The notes below the pieces were generated by a model. It worked only from the letters and a program-made list of their open reading frames with translations. It was not told the origin of the DNA and ran no database searches. From the NCBI GenBank assembly GCA_035084275.1, contig CM068744.1, forward strand, positions 102,362,001 through 102,426,000: 64,000 nucleotides of DNA, written 5' to 3'. Position numbers and translations under genes: made by a program. Of this stretch, positions 62,066 through 64,000 are shown one piece after another. Source of the stretch: Hydrolagus colliei. Its lineage: Eukaryota. Within the stretch, counting starts at the first letter, position 1, and each line of letters opens with the position of its first letter.

Positions 62066-64000
62066 GATCTCAACCAAAAGCCCCATGCAAGGCAGCTGGG
62101 GACCTCCTAAACTGCACGTGCAATGTTGGAGTGACGGGCTGGTTCGCGGCAGCAGTGCAGACAAAGTGTTTGATAAACACAACTCTTTCCAGTGTCGAAT
62201 ATAACGAGCATCTGAATTTTTCTCTCAATGTACAGTATTGGCAGAGCAGTCACAAAGCACTGCTCCACTAAGTAAAAGTGTGTCATTTTGAATGTAAAGG
62301 TGCAAAATAAATCGTAAATTAAAACATAACCGGTAACCAGCAGAAGGTGAGATCTCACCTGCAGACATGAAGATGAGGCAGCTGAGAGAACAGGCAGGGC
62401 TGGCTCAGAGTAGACAGGATCGCTCTCCACTCACATTAGGAAAATACCCGAGCTTCAAACATCACCTCCTAATGTTCGGCACTGTGCTACACTGAGGTAT
62501 CCATTGTGAAAACAGTTTTAGCATTCACCATGAATTTAATGAAGGGTGAAGATTGCAACCTGTAGTGTCACTGGTGATAATTCTAGGCCAATATCTATAA
62601 TTATCACAGTTGTGAAACCTTCTTTCCTTTACCCCAATTCACTGCCCCATTTCACATTGACTCCAACACAATGGTTGGACACAAAAGTGGTCCATGGCAG
62701 CCGTTGAATAGGCAACCTGCGATTTGAGTGCCAATTTAGAGGAAACCAACATAACAGGATTTGATGGGATCATTATCAAATTGCATGTTGTAATTTTCAC
62801 CCCAAACAATGGAGGTTTATTTCCGTTGGTTCAGAATTCATGATCCAATGTGATGTTTCACTGAAAGCCGATTGGAAACCATTGAATCTTCTTTTAAACT
62901 TGCACAAAGATTCTTCTAACTTCTGTCGATTGATTAAACAAAGAATTTAAACAAACTGGGGAAGCATATGTCTCATTCTGATACTTTGGGATCTATTACC
63001 CGCCTGTTATTAACAGTAACAAACTTTTATTGTATGTTTATAATGGACAATCCTATTATAAAGATGTATAAATGAGTGACCATTAGTTATTGTTGCAGCA
63101 TAAATCCATTTATCTTGTTATATGTGATATGCCATTTGGGTTGTTGAGATCAGATCAAGTCTCCACCTTCCCATTATGTTGGGCTGAAGCTGGATGGATG
63201 ACTGCAATGTGGTTCCTGTGCATTTCCTCTCATTGCAAACATCTTTCCTTTGCAAAGTGCACTGGAGAAATTCTGAGGCTGATCCTGTGGCCCACAGAAT
63301 TTTGTAATGCTTTGTTTCCTGTTAGGAGTCAAGCTTCATCAGCAGAACTGGAGAGAAGCTGGCTCCAAGTGACCCCAGGGACCTGCTGCCAGTGGTATTC
63401 AAACACAGCCTCTATATGTGCTCTATTGAAAGAAGTCAAACATATAAAGCATAGCACCGGTCTTCTAGCAAGACTTCAAGTGCAGCATGAAATTTTTTGC
63501 TGGCATTGCTGAACAGCAGGTTAAATCCTCCCTTTTTTCAAACCTCTCCACCCCGATGTCTTTGGTTAATAAGTTTTGAAAGACAATTCTAACCAATGAA
63601 GTTTTAATGACAAACTGTGGAACAATGCAAACTGGAAAAGATACTCCACATTCTTTAGCACAGATTTACATTGTTGCTGACAGCATTTGGTTGCAGCAAA
63701 GGCTTTTACAGCAAGACGGATATTCTTGGACGGTCCAAGAGCTCTCTAATGCAGGATCATTGCGTTAGTTAAACAATATTCCATCAGGAACACCAAGAAT
63801 TAAAGGTAACGTCCGAAAATCCCCTTTTCAGTTTGTCACAGCAGTTTCACCTTCACAGATAACATACTCATTTGCTGATCCACCTGCTTAAGCATTAAAT
63901 CTGATCAAGCCAATAATATAACCTGTACAGAGAATATGATAAAAGTAAGATGTGTGAAGCAGAAATTTATAGATTGGAATTGACTGTATTTGGTTGGTTG
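62066..64000 (+). other. SYNDIG1: SYNDIG1 3' UTR / downstream region (end undefined)
   Basis: Follows the stop codon and is largely free of recognisable TEs. AATAAA at 62306-62311 and several ATTAAA further on; the polyA site used cannot be determined. Confidence 0.5.

Overview
Vertebrate genomic DNA, not prokaryotic. The repeat content (L2 LINEs with (CAA)n tails, CR1 LINEs, Deu-domain tRNA-SINEs, Penelope-like palindromes) points to a cartilaginous fish, plausibly a chimaera; the taxon is an inference. The window holds one protein-coding gene, SYNDIG1 (synapse differentiation inducing 1, CD225/dispanin family), on the + strand. Its three coding exons are 43217/43235-43717, 49566-49703 and 61907-62065, joined by phase-0 GT-AG introns. 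A probable non-coding exon 1 ends at 22147 inside a CpG-rich promoter region, followed by a G-rich minisatellite and a 200-N assembly gap. The rest is intergenic or intronic and TE-rich, and almost all other listed ORFs are TE fragments or low-complexity artefacts. I found no convincing new multi-gene system. The most notable non-coding structures are (i) a palindrome carrying two back-to-back minimal hammerhead-ribozyme cores, (ii) a tail-to-tail L2 inverted pair forming a pre-miRNA-like hairpin in intron 3, (iii) a young hAT non-autonomous element with an 8-bp TSD and an internal minisatellite, and (iv) a telomeric-repeat-containing inverted-repeat element upstream of the promoter. Family names rest on recalled motifs, not database searches, and most repeat boundaries are approximate.
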